A stretch of DNA of 64,000 bases, taken from contig NIVC01000592.1 in assembly GCA_002269645.1 (NCBI GenBank), forward strand, positions 434,001 through 498,000, written 5' to 3'. The notes below the pieces were generated by a model that was not told the origin of the DNA, searched no databases, and was given only the letters and a program-made list of their open reading frames with translations. The translations under genes were made by a program, and so were the position numbers. This document shows, piece after piece, positions 1 to 13,161 of this stretch. Origin of the DNA: Macrostomum lignano (taxonomy: Eukaryota). Every line of letters starts with the position of its first letter. Position 1 is the first letter of the stretch.

Positions 1-1283
1 GACTGCAAGATGCAGATACAAGCACAAGCTCATTTATTCAGTAAACGACAATAATAGACTACGAAGACTACGAAGACACTAATATAACAGACACGTTGAG
101 TCTAATATATAGCGTTTGATTTTATTAGTTTTGAAACGTTCAAGTGTATTTCTTTCAAAAAAAACAACTAGACATGGTTTCTTAGAAATTGTGCTAATTT
201 TTACTTTTCTCATTTGCATCCCATATTTTTATAATATTGAGTGTGATTTTTTAGGACACCAAAGTAAATTTCCAGCAAATCCTATTGCAGAGTTGACACC
301 CCTATTAATTTGTTCACAATTGTGTTAACAATAGCCGTTCGCGTTTAACATTTCATTATCGAATCCAGAAGTAGAAGGAAGTTAGACTCGATTTACTGCA
401 AAAATGAGCTGAAGACCAGTAAAGAACGTATTTTGGTATTGCGAGGGCATTTAGTGTATGCGCTCCAAAAATTAAATTTCTGGAGAACCCCATTCAGCGC
501 TGTTCGAAAGATCAACAACCGGACAAGGGAGCTGCATGACTTTATATAAATATGAAACGACACTGGCGTTACACGGGAGTTTTAATGAGAGGCCAAAACT
601 CTCAGGGTGCCTTTTGGTGTCTTGTTTGGCGCCCCCGTCTCTTGGTTGGTGCAGCTAGGCACTCAGCTCCTTGGTGCGCGTTCCTATACATGTATCTCCA
701 TAGTCGGGTCGGGTGGATGCCACATCCACAAGAAGTGGCAAAATTTGAGCTTCTATCATGCGTCCAGCTTAATTAAGTCTGTTATTTAATTTTAAAAAAG
801 CATAATTGTGTGGGCCGATTGAGGATGGGAGGGCTGTTAAGCGTATAAGGCCGGTTGCCTACAGCTGTATGTGACAGATCATGATCGGCAGACCAATCAG
901 AGCGAGGCTTCGGCATCAATGATATAGGCCAATTAGCTTTTATCAATCAAAACAATTAGGAGCTAATGCAAATAAAATTACATGTAAGAGCTAAATTCAC
1001 ATGCGAAGACTCGATCTTCTCAAATTGCTTTTTGGAGAACTCTAAAGCGCACAGCTCGCATGGAGGAACGCTCGTAAATTATAGTAAAAAATGTGGTGAG
1101 CTGAACCAAATATTAAAGAATACAAAGTATGTCGCCTTTCAATTGCAGTGCCAGATTACACCAACAAAACCTAGCTATAGACTGCTGCACCGGTTGCTCC
1201 AACAAATTACGATAAACCTATCTAATAACATTCCTTTTCAAAGGACCTTCTCGCTTCGGCCGTGCCTGACACTTCCGCTGCTT

Positions 1284-4200
1284 ATGGTGTTGATGACCGA
1301 ATTCGCAGCCGGCTTTAAATTCTTGGCCGCCGTGGTTGTCGAGGAGGCAGACGATGCGGGCGCTCCGTCAGTGCAGCCGGACTTCGTGGCATCGGTGTTC
1401 AGCCACACTGTGGTGCGCAACTGGAGGCTGTTGCCAGAGGACACATTGGCTTTCTTTGAAGTCCGATTCCCAGCAGATCGACCGCTGCAGGCAATCAAGC
1501 GAGGTAGGCTGATGAGAGCTCGGCTTCCCGGCAAGCTGGACGATGAGGTTGATCCGGTTTTTGTAGCATGCTCGTAAGGCGGGGATTATATGTGCTGTGC
1601 CCGAGTTCTATCAAGGTGCACTAATGTCCCTAAATTACCCCATTCGACAAACAAAAAGCTCTCAAACAGGGTTTTTTATGGTAATAAAGTACCACTTGAG
1701 CCATGCACACTCGCTCGATTACATACAAAGGAATTTCGTTTCCGTTTCCAATTTCTAACCTGCACTGAAAAGTACACGGCCACGGCGACGGGATTCCGAA
1801 CGCGATTATCCTGGTCGCCGGCTGCAGCTCGCTGACCGAGTTCGACCGCTTTTCAACATCTCTACAGCTTCCTCTGCTGTCGGTACCCACCGAGCTGTGC
1901 GACATCTCAGAGATTGGAAGTGAGCGAATTTATTACGCACTTATTTTAAATGCCTCTGGCCTTACTCTGCCGACGAATCTCCCCCAGACTTCACAGTGCT
2001 GGTGTCGCACGCCCCGCGTCACTACATTCTCGCCTTCGCTGCCGTTCTGCGCTACTCTGGCGCCGAGAACGCCCTGGTTATCAACGACCGCTACCAAGGT
2101 AGAAATCCACAGTCATGGCAACCTAACGTACACACAACTCCCCATTACCTCAACAATCATGGCCACCTCCACTTTAACTGCCAGCACCCAGCCACATCAA
2201 TCAACTGCAAGACGAGCTTGCCAAGGCCAACAGCTCAGCCCTGACGGTTCAGCTGGACGCAACCGAGGACGCTGTCTCGACTCTCTCTCTACTGAAAACC
2301 CAGAAACTGCCTCACGTGATCTTGCTGGCTCGGCCGGCCGGTGCGCTGGCTCTTCTCGCTGCAGCTAAAAGTAGCGGACAGCTGGGCCAGAGCTTCTTCT
2401 GGACCGTCAGCGACCCCTCTGGACGATTGGCAGCTTTGATGACACCACTGCTACAAGATTTTTCCAACGTTGCATTTCTGAGCGAGGGCTGGCGGCGACC
2501 GGTGGCGACTATTGCGTATTGTCCGCTGGCACTGACGAAGCTGCTGGGGAAGGCCGCCTGCAAAGTGGCAACGGTAGCTGACTGACTGACTGACTGACTG
2601 ACTGACTGACTGACTGACTGACTGACTGACTGACTGACTGACTGACTGACTGACTGACTGACTGACTGACTGACTGACTGACTGACTGACTGACTGACTG
2701 ACTGACTGACTGACTGACTGACTGACTGACTGACTGACTGACTGACTGACTGACTGACTGACTGACTGACTGACTGACTGACTGACTGACTGACTGACTG
2801 ACTGACTGACTGACTGACTGACTGACTGACTGACTGACTGACTGACTGACTGACTGACTGACTGACTGACTGACTGACTGACTGACTGACTGACTGACTG
2901 ACTGACTGACTGACTGACTGACTGACTGACTGACTGACTGACTGACTGACTGACTGACTGACTGACTGACTGACTGACTGACTGACTGACTGACTGACTG
3001 ACTGACTGACTGACTGACTGACTGACTGACTGACAAGAAATCTTTCTCATAAATTTCCAAGGCGCAGCAGCTGAGATTCGTCGATGCCGTCGAGTCGCTG
3101 GCCTTGGCTCTCAACGAGTCTCGGAATGCAGCAGCCGATTCTGACCGGACGAGTGTTGGATACAAAGTGATGGAGCGGCTGCTGTCGGTGAGCACATCGA
3201 GGCCTCAGTCCCTGTTCAGTTGGAAAGACGCGGGCTATAGATATAGTTTTGATTGCTCCAACGCCCCCCTCCCCAGATTTCGAGCTACGTCACCGAGCGC
3301 GGCTTCGTCGCCTACAGCGCACCCGACCGCAGTTTCAACGCGTCCGGCCTTGACCTGCTGGCCAGCCGCACCCGGAGACTCGAAGGCCGGACCGACTTGA
3401 AGCTGACAGCGCGCTTTGACTCCACTGAAGGGCAGCTGGTGCCGCTGCAGGTTGACGAGGGCCGCGGACTGCTGTTCCCAACACTTTCCGCGGACTGAAA
3501 AACCGAACGCTGGTAATCTGTTCACCTGAGGTTTGTTCTCTCCTTGTTGAGTGTTTTGGTTCACTTCAATTGAAGACAATTGTTGAATTTAAGAGCTAGG
3601 AGACTTAACAAGTTCTTACGTCGGATGCTTGCATTGCAGTACCCACCATTTACCAAGTACCAGCACGAGCACCCCAACTCAACAGTGCATGTCAGCGGAA
3701 TGATTGTGGAGGTACTGAGCTTTCTCAGCAGTCGGATGAAATTCAGGTGGGCAAGCTTCAGCTTTCATGTTAATTTCACCTCCCGAGTCGACTGTTTCAC
3801 TCGCATAAATCACCTGCAAAGTCACTTAGCAGCCGAAATGAACATTGTTAATCTGACAAGGCAAGTACCGATGAGCCATTAAGCAGCAATCGGCAATGCA
3901 CCTGAGTAGGCCTAGCGTAGGGAGAAGGAAATTGACCAATACTAAAGCTATATGTTTGAGCAACACTTGGCACCTATCAGGTACTCAGTGAAGAATTCAT
4001 TTGACGGTCAGTGGGGAGCCCCGGTGGCCGGAAGCCGCTTCCTGACGGGATGCGTTGGCGAGGTTCAACGGGGGGTAAGAGTAGCCGTAAACAGTAAAAT
4101 GTGGATATTTTGCAGGCATGATTTACAACCGGGTTCGCCATCGCTGCCATTTCAGATTGCGGACATCGGCGTCAACATTTTCACCCAGGTGTGTCAAGTC

Positions 4201-7200
4201 CCTCATCGATCTGGGGGCTATAGATTTATGGCCGGAAATTTTGAGTTTCCCGACAAAAAGCTAGCATGCAGATGAGCTCCGAATGCTGTTCTCATAGTAC
4301 TTCTATACGATGGTAATGCATTAAGCTAATTAATCCACTCTTGAAACATGATCTTGCCTTCTACAAACGAATTAACCATAACGTCCGAAAAATCAATTGG
4401 CTTCAAAAATTCAGAAACCGGATATCGGAATCTCAGAATAAAACCAGCGGAGTCAGTCAGTCCCGCATGCCTGGGTTGAGGCCCGCATCGAATTAAACTG
4501 ACTCGACATTGATTGATTGATCAAAATTTATAGAGGCAAAGAAGAGCATATGGATTCGTTTAAATTAGAAAGATTGATTTTTTGCATCAAAAAGCTTGAA
4601 CTAGCTAATCTATAGCCTGGTCTTTCATAAGCTTCGACCGATTTACATTTCATGCTGGTTCTGCATTGAATTGAGGTCCTGAACTTGGGCCAAGGAGTAG
4701 GCTCGGTAGGACGACAAGCGTGTTTGATTTCGCTTTCAACTCATTGATAGGCTTCTTTTCCTTTTTAGCACTTGTAAATTAGCACCTTTCGCAGCTTCTG
4801 AACTACCGTAAAACGAGCTGGACCAACTACGAATTCATAGTTTGTGTGTGTTTAACATTGGGGGTTTCTCGAACTTTCACAACGTCGAAAGCACCTTTCT
4901 TTTCAAGGTCGAAATTTGTAAATAGTGTAAATAATGTCGCAACGACGAAAACTCTAGCAAGGGAGTCATATAGTGAACATTTGTTTTTGCGTATGATAAG
5001 TGTCGTTTACATACCGTATTTAAAGCATACATCTCCAATGCATTACCAAATTAAAGTACAACTCGAAGCTTTTGATACATGAAGCATGCACATGAAAGTG
5101 GCTGCTAATTCAAGTTTTCGACCTTGGGAAAATTTGAGCTTATGAAAACTCGAGCTCGTGAAATAATTGCCTTTCGACGTCAATTTTCGAGCTGATATAA
5201 GCACAACGAGCCGAATTAATCCCAATAACTCTGTATCAAAATCTCAGACAAATTTCTCAGACAAGCCTTGACTTCTTGCTTGATCGCCAAATTCATTTCG
5301 CCATTCAAACGATCTTTCTCAAAGTTCTCGAATATGAGAAAAGTCTTAAATTTGGTGTTACTCGTAAAACCGGAAACATTTTAAGCGAAGCTGGGCCTTT
5401 TTAATCCATATACAAAAAATGGTCTGTCTTCTTTCTTTCTACCAGTGGTCCTTGACGTGCACATGTGGCTCGTACGTGTAGAAAAGAAGTTTCTAGCTGA
5501 CGCTTCTAAGAAGAGCTTCAACAGAATTGCAACCGAAGAGCCATATTCACATTCCAATGGCCCTTGCCGAACCTTCCGCAGACTTCCGCTCGAATCCAGG
5601 CCGTCCAGTTCTCCGTGCCGCTCTTTGAGGACGTCAGCAGCGCCTTGCTGCCAATGCCACCGATTGAAGAAAAGCTTTGGAATTTCGTCGGTCCCTTCAG
5701 CGCCCAGGTGTGGATCCTGCTGCTCGTTGCTCTGCTTTTCGGTTCGTCCTTGACCTGGCTGATTGCCTACTTCAACCCGTTCAGCCTGTGGAACCTGGGC
5801 CTCAATTACGCACTTATTGATGAGGTCTCCTACAAGGAGTACATCTGGTCCTTCATCGGCAGCCTGCTGCAGCAGGGCCAGGATTTCTACCCGTTCGCGA
5901 TCAGCCCCAGGACGCTCATCGCGTTCTGGTGGCTGTTCGGCGTCATCATTATGGGCAGCTACACGGGTGAGAGCTGGACTCGACAATCAGGAATCCTCTT
6001 TGAGATCAGCGATCTTGTATATAACTTGACTGCTGATTGTCCAACTTGATAATAATTTTCCACATTATTATCTTCAATTGAACCTCTCCACCTTCCCTTA
6101 CTCCTCAAGCTGACCTCGCTTCGACCCTGGCAGTCTCCACTAGTGTGAAGCCGATTCGGTCGCTACAGGATCTGGTGAGCCAATCGGAAGTGAAGCCAGT
6201 GGTGACGGCTGGCACGAGCCAATGGACTCTGCTTACAAGTTCCGATGTTAACATCTTTCAACGGATTGCGGCTCAGATGGTGACGGTGAAAAGAGAAGAT
6301 GAATGCAGACGAATGGTGAGGTTATCAGAGATTCTGAGTCGGGTCTGCATTCATTCTTAATATATCCTGAAGCAGGACCAAGTAACCGGTTGTTTTGTTG
6401 CTTATGCATGTTCAATCACCCTTTAACTTGTTCCCATTTTGATTTCGGCAATCCTCCTATATACGCGCATACTAGTTACTAGCTAGATTACTTGGTATTT
6501 CCTATCCCAGAAGGTGATACGTTCAATTGCATCCAGCAGACTTGATCGATCTCATATTAAGTTCAATCCCACGCGTTCGTGATTAATGGTTTCAACAGCA
6601 GAGATCTCTCGCTATGGATAACCCGCTACTCAACCAGCTTGTCCTCAGGAAGTAAAATCATCAGCATAAGAGGAGTTGTCCTTTTCACAAACTCAGGTAC
6701 TTACCGACAGTGCGGCTTGCATCATGGACTCCATGACGTTGCAGTACACAGCCAACAGGAATTGCACCCTGGCCTACATGCTCGGAGAGACATTCGCCCC
6801 TACTACAGCGTCGTTTTTCTACGCCAAAGGTGCCGAATTTGGGAGCCTGTTTGATTCCTGGTGAGTTCAGCTCGGGCAAGTTATTCGAATATAAAGGACG
6901 AATTCACATAACATCGTTCTATTGTAGCTCAATAAACTGCATTGTAAATTTACGTGGTACCAAGAGTCGACCGGTTGATATAGTTTGAATCTCTCGTGGT
7001 TATCTCGGGATGCCCAGGAGACGAGATTTTAATCAACAGTAATCCAGGGATTGCAAGGCATAAATCACGGGATGTTTATTGTCAAGATTGAGATCATTGG
7101 GATAACACTTTGTATAGGTTGTGGCAACCATTTTGTAAAAATGGCATTTTAATTTACGCAATACAGACTTTTGCATCTTTACTACTGACAGAGTTGGACA

Positions 7201-7841
7201 CCTACAATATATATCCGTACGGTTCAGGATCGCTTGAAATAGATTTGAATTCTAATATGTTAGAAGGACGAGGGCAAGAGTAAAATTAAGACGCATCGTT
7301 TCTAAGAATGAGATGAAAGGCTCGGCTCTGCACTTGGCAATGAAAATATACCTTATTTCTTTCACACATACTTATAGTGGCTGAATTTGGTTGTATTTGG
7401 CCGTCATAGGGGACTTCTGTCGCCCTAGTTGATGTCCAGGTCTTTTAAACTGCCCTACGACTACGAGTAAAGTAGATCGAGATCGGATTTCGGGGATTGC
7501 AACTTGTCGGGATTTTGTCGGGAATCCTTATACTGAAGTATATTGATATAGCTTATCGTCACACTACAATCTTTAATCCGCTAACAATTCCAATCAGCAT
7601 GCAGGAACTGAAGCAATCCGGAGTGCTGCAGCGCTGGGTAGACAAGTACTATAAGGCGGAGAAATCGGCAGCCTGCCAGAGAGGAGTCACCACTGAGGGC
7701 GATCCAATTCCACTCGAGGGAGTTGGTGGCATCATAATAGTTACGCTGGGGTTTTACGCGGCTGGTTTGATTCTATTGTTACTGGAGCTCGGTTGGACTC
7801 TGGTTTGCGGCCGACAGCCTCTGGACTTGTCGTGCTTTTGA
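1284..7841 (+). CDS. Ionotropic glutamate receptor-family subunit (divergent; ATD + S1-M1-M2-M3-S2-M4), 13 exons
   Basis: Hand-spliced GT-AG exons: 1284-1503, 1773-1919, 1988-2098, 2185-2573, 3062-3187, 3277-3530, 3640-3746, 3981-4074, 4156-4188, 5582-5966, 6110-6315, 6697-6860, 7598-7841. Motifs: ATD (HVILLARP, FVDAVESLALAL); S1 (EYPPF, GMIVEVLSFL, DGQWG..GCVGEV, ADIGVNIFTQTSARIQAVQFSVP); pore GSLLQQG; M3 SYTADLASTL; S2 IMDS; M4. Needs one extra base near 3477-3482. True start codon uncertain. Confidence 0.9.
2578..3034. repeat. (ACTG)n microsatellite, ~114 units, intronic
   Basis: Perfect tetranucleotide array starting a few nt after the donor at 2574 and filling most of the intron. Confidence 0.98.
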
Positions 7842-8339
7842 GAAGTGCATGCACTGTACGCGCACTGGGAGTATAACAATTTAACCATGTCAATTGATTA
7901 GAAATGGGGATAAAAATTTTTCATCTTAACGGTATACCAATGAATTTCACACGTTTGCAGTGTCGTTTATCGACTGGGTTGAATAAAATGTACATGTACA
8001 TGTATCTCTGTCTCGGATCAATATGATTTAGAAATCTGAATCCTGGCTTTTCATTTTTCCGACAATTAATAAAACACCAAACGGCTGATGCACACCCGCA
8101 GATTTAGTTATAAATTTAGATACGCACGTATTTTTGTGACTGCGTTGCTGAATCCTAAAGCTTTCACTGTCGTGTTACTCCTGAGTTAGTTACTGTAGCT
8201 CGTAGTCCTTGATACGAGTTTTGATAAATAACTAGCTTGCATGTAACATCCAGCTGTTATTAAGAATATTTAAAACCAACGCTGATTCTGTGGCTCGCGG
8301 TAGAGGAGAGCACAGTCGCCGGCCCCGACAAGAGACCGC

Positions 8340-8600
8340 ATGCCGTCTGGTCCGGTCATTAATCAGCTGAAAGGACGCAAGAGAGGCAGCACTCTGAACC
8401 TAGTGGGTGACACATCCGAAGACAGGCGAAGCGAGCTGCGGACCTTCTTCTCTGGTATTGTCAACGCGCCTCCTCCGCCGGAACGGGACGACATGTGTGA
8501 TTGCCCACGGAGGTTGCACTGCCAGAGAGGACAGCTCCTTTAGTACCAGCCCCATCACCATCGACGAGGTGCCCCAACTTGCAAAGAAGACTCCAGTCGA
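8340..8600 (+). mobile_element. Possible non-LTR retrotransposon fragment (region upstream of RT)
   Basis: Fragments RRSELRTFFSGIVNAPPP and FSTSPITIDEVPQLAKK resemble the LINE pre-RT pattern (F..LLN ... IT..EV..A.K). Frameshifted and short. Confidence 0.35.
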
Positions 8601-8619
8601 GGTGCTGCGCCTCCCGCAG

Positions 8620-10560
8620 GTCGCGTTGGAAGTCACGCGAGTGATGAACTGCGTGCTAGCTGGGGGCCCTACCCCTGAAGTTTTCCACCGTCTTTCAGCC
8701 GCTGTTACCCGGCACATGCACCGGCTTAATTGGCTTTTCTGCTACGGTAAACTACCTGGATGACTGAGCAGTCGCTGGGAAATCTGAGTCCGAGGCTTTC
8801 GCTACTTTCAATTGCCTGCTGGACACAATTGCAGCGCCTCGGCTTTAGCATCAACTGGGACACGGTTGTCAGGCCTACGCAATGCATCGACTTCTTGGCG
8901 TGCGCATCAAAACCACTACCGGCACCAAGTCGCTGCCCGATAAGAAGGCTCTCGTCTGAGCTGCTTACTCAGACCTGCTCTGAGACGCGGGTGCACCTGC
9001 GCTCTGCTCAGAAGTTGATTGTTCCTCATGTCAGAGTCTTCCTGCGTCTGCTCTTCGACTGGCTGACAATTGCTGTTGATGGCAAGCTTTGGGTGACCAT
9101 TGAGACCCGCGCCAACCTGTCCTGGTGGCTCAGAGCCCTGGCTTGCGCCCCCCCCCCGGTTGCTTTGTGGCCACGCTTTGATGAAGAGTTTGCCATGGAG
9201 ACTGACAGCAGCCGGTCGGGCGCAGCCGCAGTCATCTGGGGTGCCGAGAGTTTCTGGAGTACCATCGACTGGGAGCTTGACTGCGGTGGGGTGTTCAAGG
9301 ATGTTCATATCAACTTCAAGGAGGCTCTGGAACCTTTGCTGATCATCCTGCACCGTCGCTCTCAGCTCAACAACTGCAAGATTGTCATCTACACCGACAG
9401 CACCGCAGCAGCTGGCATGATCAATCGGCTGAGATGTCGTGACCCGCGGTTCCTGCAGGTGTACCAGACTGTGGCTCTGCTGTGCATCAGGAACAGCATC
9501 AGTCTGGAGGCTGTTTCACCTACCTTGTTGCATGCAGATTTTTACTGATGCCGCCTCCCGCATGTTTGCTTCGCAGTCTGAGCTCATTAACTTTTGCTGC
9601 CGCTACTACCGTACGCTCGTGAGCTGCCTGCTCGAGTTCATGTCCACGCACTCTCTGCCGCTTCTCAATCTCGCCTCCTTTTGCAGGTCACCCTCGCCCT
9701 CTGGAGACGCGGCCCGCCCACCCCCCCCCCACGCTGCGTCCGCCGGACATCTGTGCCGCCTCGGCCTGGCGTAGAACTCATCCCCAGCTGACGGTGACCT
9801 TCCCTGCCGATACCTCGCGCACTCCAGTCCTTCTCCAGCCTCCGAGCCTACGTCCACGCCGTCTCGTTTCTGCACCAAGCCACCGGTGCCCCGACCCAGC
9901 GAAAGACTTCACCGTGCAGCTGGCCCTTCGCGGTGCCAAACGTCATCTGGGCCTGCGATGCAAGCCGCTGACGATCGAGCATTCATCAGCAGCTCCCGCG
10001 CTCATGCAATCTCAAGTGCAGATCTCCGGGCCGCCTTCTGGGCGGCTCTCCTGGTCGGCTGGTGGGGCATGTTGCACCTTGGCGACTTCCTATTGGCTCG
10101 CGGCAGCCGCTCTGTCTTGCGGGCCTGCCTGTCGCTTTCATCTGTCTGCTAGCTGGAAGTTGGCCCTCCCAAAGTCCAAGACCAACCAGTTCGGGTCGAT
10201 GCCGCATGTGGTCCTCCTGCCACCTGTCCAAGAATCACGACTCTGCCCCGTGCGCGCCCTGCACCTGTCACCAGCCAGCGACTCAAGGACGTCGCTCTTT
10301 GGCTACGGCCACGGAGGCGAACTCTCAGCCAGTCGATCAGTTCATCAGCTGCCTTCGTGCGGGCCTTCCAGCCGCGGGTTTCTCCGGCCACAGCATCCGG
10401 GGAGGGGTGCCAGCCTCTGCCATCAAATCGGCTTGTCAGAAACGGACATTGGGCCCTTGGAGGCCCTTGGAGATCGGACGCTGTTCCTCCCCTAATTTTC
10501 TGCCAGCTCTACCCAGCCGCCAGCGCTCCACTTCTTTCATGACTTCGCAGGTGCAAGCTG
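8620..10560 (+). mobile_element. Degenerate DIRS/Ngaro-type tyrosine-recombinase retrotransposon (RT-RNaseH-YR)
   Basis: RT: GPTPEVFHRL, YLDD at 8753-8764 followed by TGA, GFSINW..PTQCIDFL. RNase H: METDSS, HINFKE, YTDS. YR on the same strand: DPAKDFTVQLALRGAKR, WAALLVGWWGMLHLGDF, KSKTNQFG, CPVRAL, GHSIRGG, PWRSDAV. Many frameshifts. Confidence 0.85.
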
Positions 10561-13161
10561 CATCCACCTAACTCGGCTTTCCCTGCTTTTATCCTTTTTC
10601 CCCTTTGTTGGGGTTGGGATCCGCTTTCTCGGCTTGCTACCAGCTTTTCGCAACCGCTTTGACTTCAAGTTTGGCTCCTGTTTGGCGTGTTTGACACGAT
10701 TATATTAAACAAAAAGTAGATCATATTTTGAGAATATCCGTGAAACTAGCTTAAACTTAACGTTGAAAAAGAAATTTGTATTTTTCTGCAGCTAAAACTG
10801 CTTTAAACTGCTCGTGCTAAAGTTTCATGAATACATTGATAATGTAATAGACGTATGTTTTAATTTATCAAAGTAAGTTATAAAAAATTTACACAAAAAA
10901 TTTGCGCACATCCGACAGTGTAAGTATCCAGCTCGTTTGTGTTATAACTAGTCTATTACAACTTCTTTTTAGTGTGTTAGAACTTAGAAGTGTGAATAAG
11001 AATTGTAGAATTGTAAATGACAAGTAGAAAAAAACTGGGCAATGTAAACTACACTGGCAGCACTTTTAACTACAGCCATGCCATTACCATGCCTAGACCA
11101 TGCCGCCCATGGGAATAATCAAAGTTGAACTTGAAGTAATTCAATTTTTCATTTATTTATTTTTTAAGCATTTCATTCTAACACAATAGCAAAAATTTTA
11201 CTGCAATAAAATTTACCTGCTTAGGCAAAGTTAAGCATTATATATATATGATGAATTTTGACACATTCTTTTGAATGTCTTACATGTATGAAGAAACTTT
11301 TAAAGGCCGCCTTTAAGTATTCATTTTTAATTTGATTAGAAAAGATAAAATGTATGTGTCTTGATTTATATGATCTAAGTGTTGTAGGGTACTTTCTTTA
11401 ACAATAATATCCCCACTACTTATCACAGCAGTTGTAGGGCTATTCTAACCTCTATTTTCTGGTTTCCTAAAGCTGCCACCAAAGTTTTTGCGGGGTTAAA
11501 CTTCTCTCAATTAATTAAACTTTCGTATCAATGTACTTATACTTATTAGTAGCGTGACCACTTCTCTATCTACTTCTATATTGGTAGCGTCTAGCTACTT
11601 ATCTTATTGGTAGCGTTTGTATATTCACTGTACTAATTGGCCTGAGCGGTATAATGGCACTGTCTATTCCTACTATCTCTCAGTCCTGGGCGTTCCTGGG
11701 ATCAGAGGGTCACAGCCTTATGCAGTTTTCCCTGCCCTGAGGCGGCTATACACTCTATAGGGTTACTGCCCTGAGGCGATTCTCGCTCCTTAGCGGTTCT
11801 GTAATTCTCCCAATAAGTGGCTTAATACTCTAAAAAATGAATTAGTCAATTTGAACAACTGCCTTTTAAAAATTTAGTAAGCACTTATTAAACTTTGCCC
11901 GCAATTGGAAGCTCGCGGCGAGTTGCTTCTCTTGGCCCGCTCGGGGCTTCTATTTATACAAAGATTTCTCACCATTTAAAACAAATACTAATTCACGAAG
12001 TTTTCTTAGAAACATAGTGTGCAACACGAGTAATTTTACAACATTTATACAGTATTATTAATGGCCCTTCCTCATAAGTTCTAAGCAATATAGAAATCTA
12101 TGGAAATATATTTCATGAAAATTTATTTCATATAAAAAAATAAAGAAAGAATGCTTATATCAAACAAATTTTCTAGGCCTAGCAATACAGCTTTTAAATA
12201 CCAAGCTATAATTGATTACAATATTAGTTTTGCAAAAAATTAAAAGGGAAATAGAGTTTAGAAATATGTTTAATACAGCATATATTGTTAAAAATTTACA
12301 TAATTTTGGGTTTATGTAGGTAAAATAATTTATCCCCATTCTCCCTTTTGACAACAATATTTTGGTGTTTGTAATAAATGCCTATATTAATGGGTTTTAT
12401 TAATCACTGTGTCCATAATGATTCCTTACAATGGAGCACCACAAACAGGCACGTCCCCACCAGGGGGACAGGGAGGATACCCCCCAGTAAAAGCTCTAGG
12501 GGGTCATGCCAATGCTTTGTCCCCCACCCCACCTTGTGAGTTGTTGTGGTTATCAATAATTTTTCTTCAGGGTGCCAAAATTACAGAGCTTACAGCGCTA
12601 AAAGATATGCCTGCCGCACCAAAATGAATGCCTGTGGCGCCAAAATGAGTGACAAAATTTAGTCATGTAAAGAAGCCTAACTTGTAGTGCAGAAAACTAA
12701 TGTGCGATCAGCTGTATCCAATATTTGTATTTTTAATGCTAGACTAAAAACCATGAAATAATAGTAAAGAAAAACTATAAGATTGGTCACTTTAGATAAA
12801 CAAAAGCACCAATTCACAACTTATGGCATGCTCTTTAAACTTTATTTATATCAAAATAGCAGCATTTTTTACCTAAAAACTTAATTCTAAAGAATGTTTG
12901 TTGATACTCTACTGGTAGTAGGGATTAAAAAAATATTAAATTATAATACCAATTCAAATGTGATTAATACTCTTCTAGTATCAAAATATCTTTCTGTCTT
13001 TTGAATATCTGTCCTGGCACAATGAACACAATTAATAAGAAGCAACTGATTTTGCGTCACACATCTGGACTGCATTTTTCCACTATAATTCTATCTTGCT
13101 ATTATCGTTCAGCTTCGGTTTTCTTTTCTGCAAAGTCGCTTGAGTAGGAGCACGTCCTAAA

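Noticed and set aside
2451-3195. SQSV-repeat ORFs of 199 and 228 aa
   Set aside because: Translations of the intronic (ACTG)n microsatellite.
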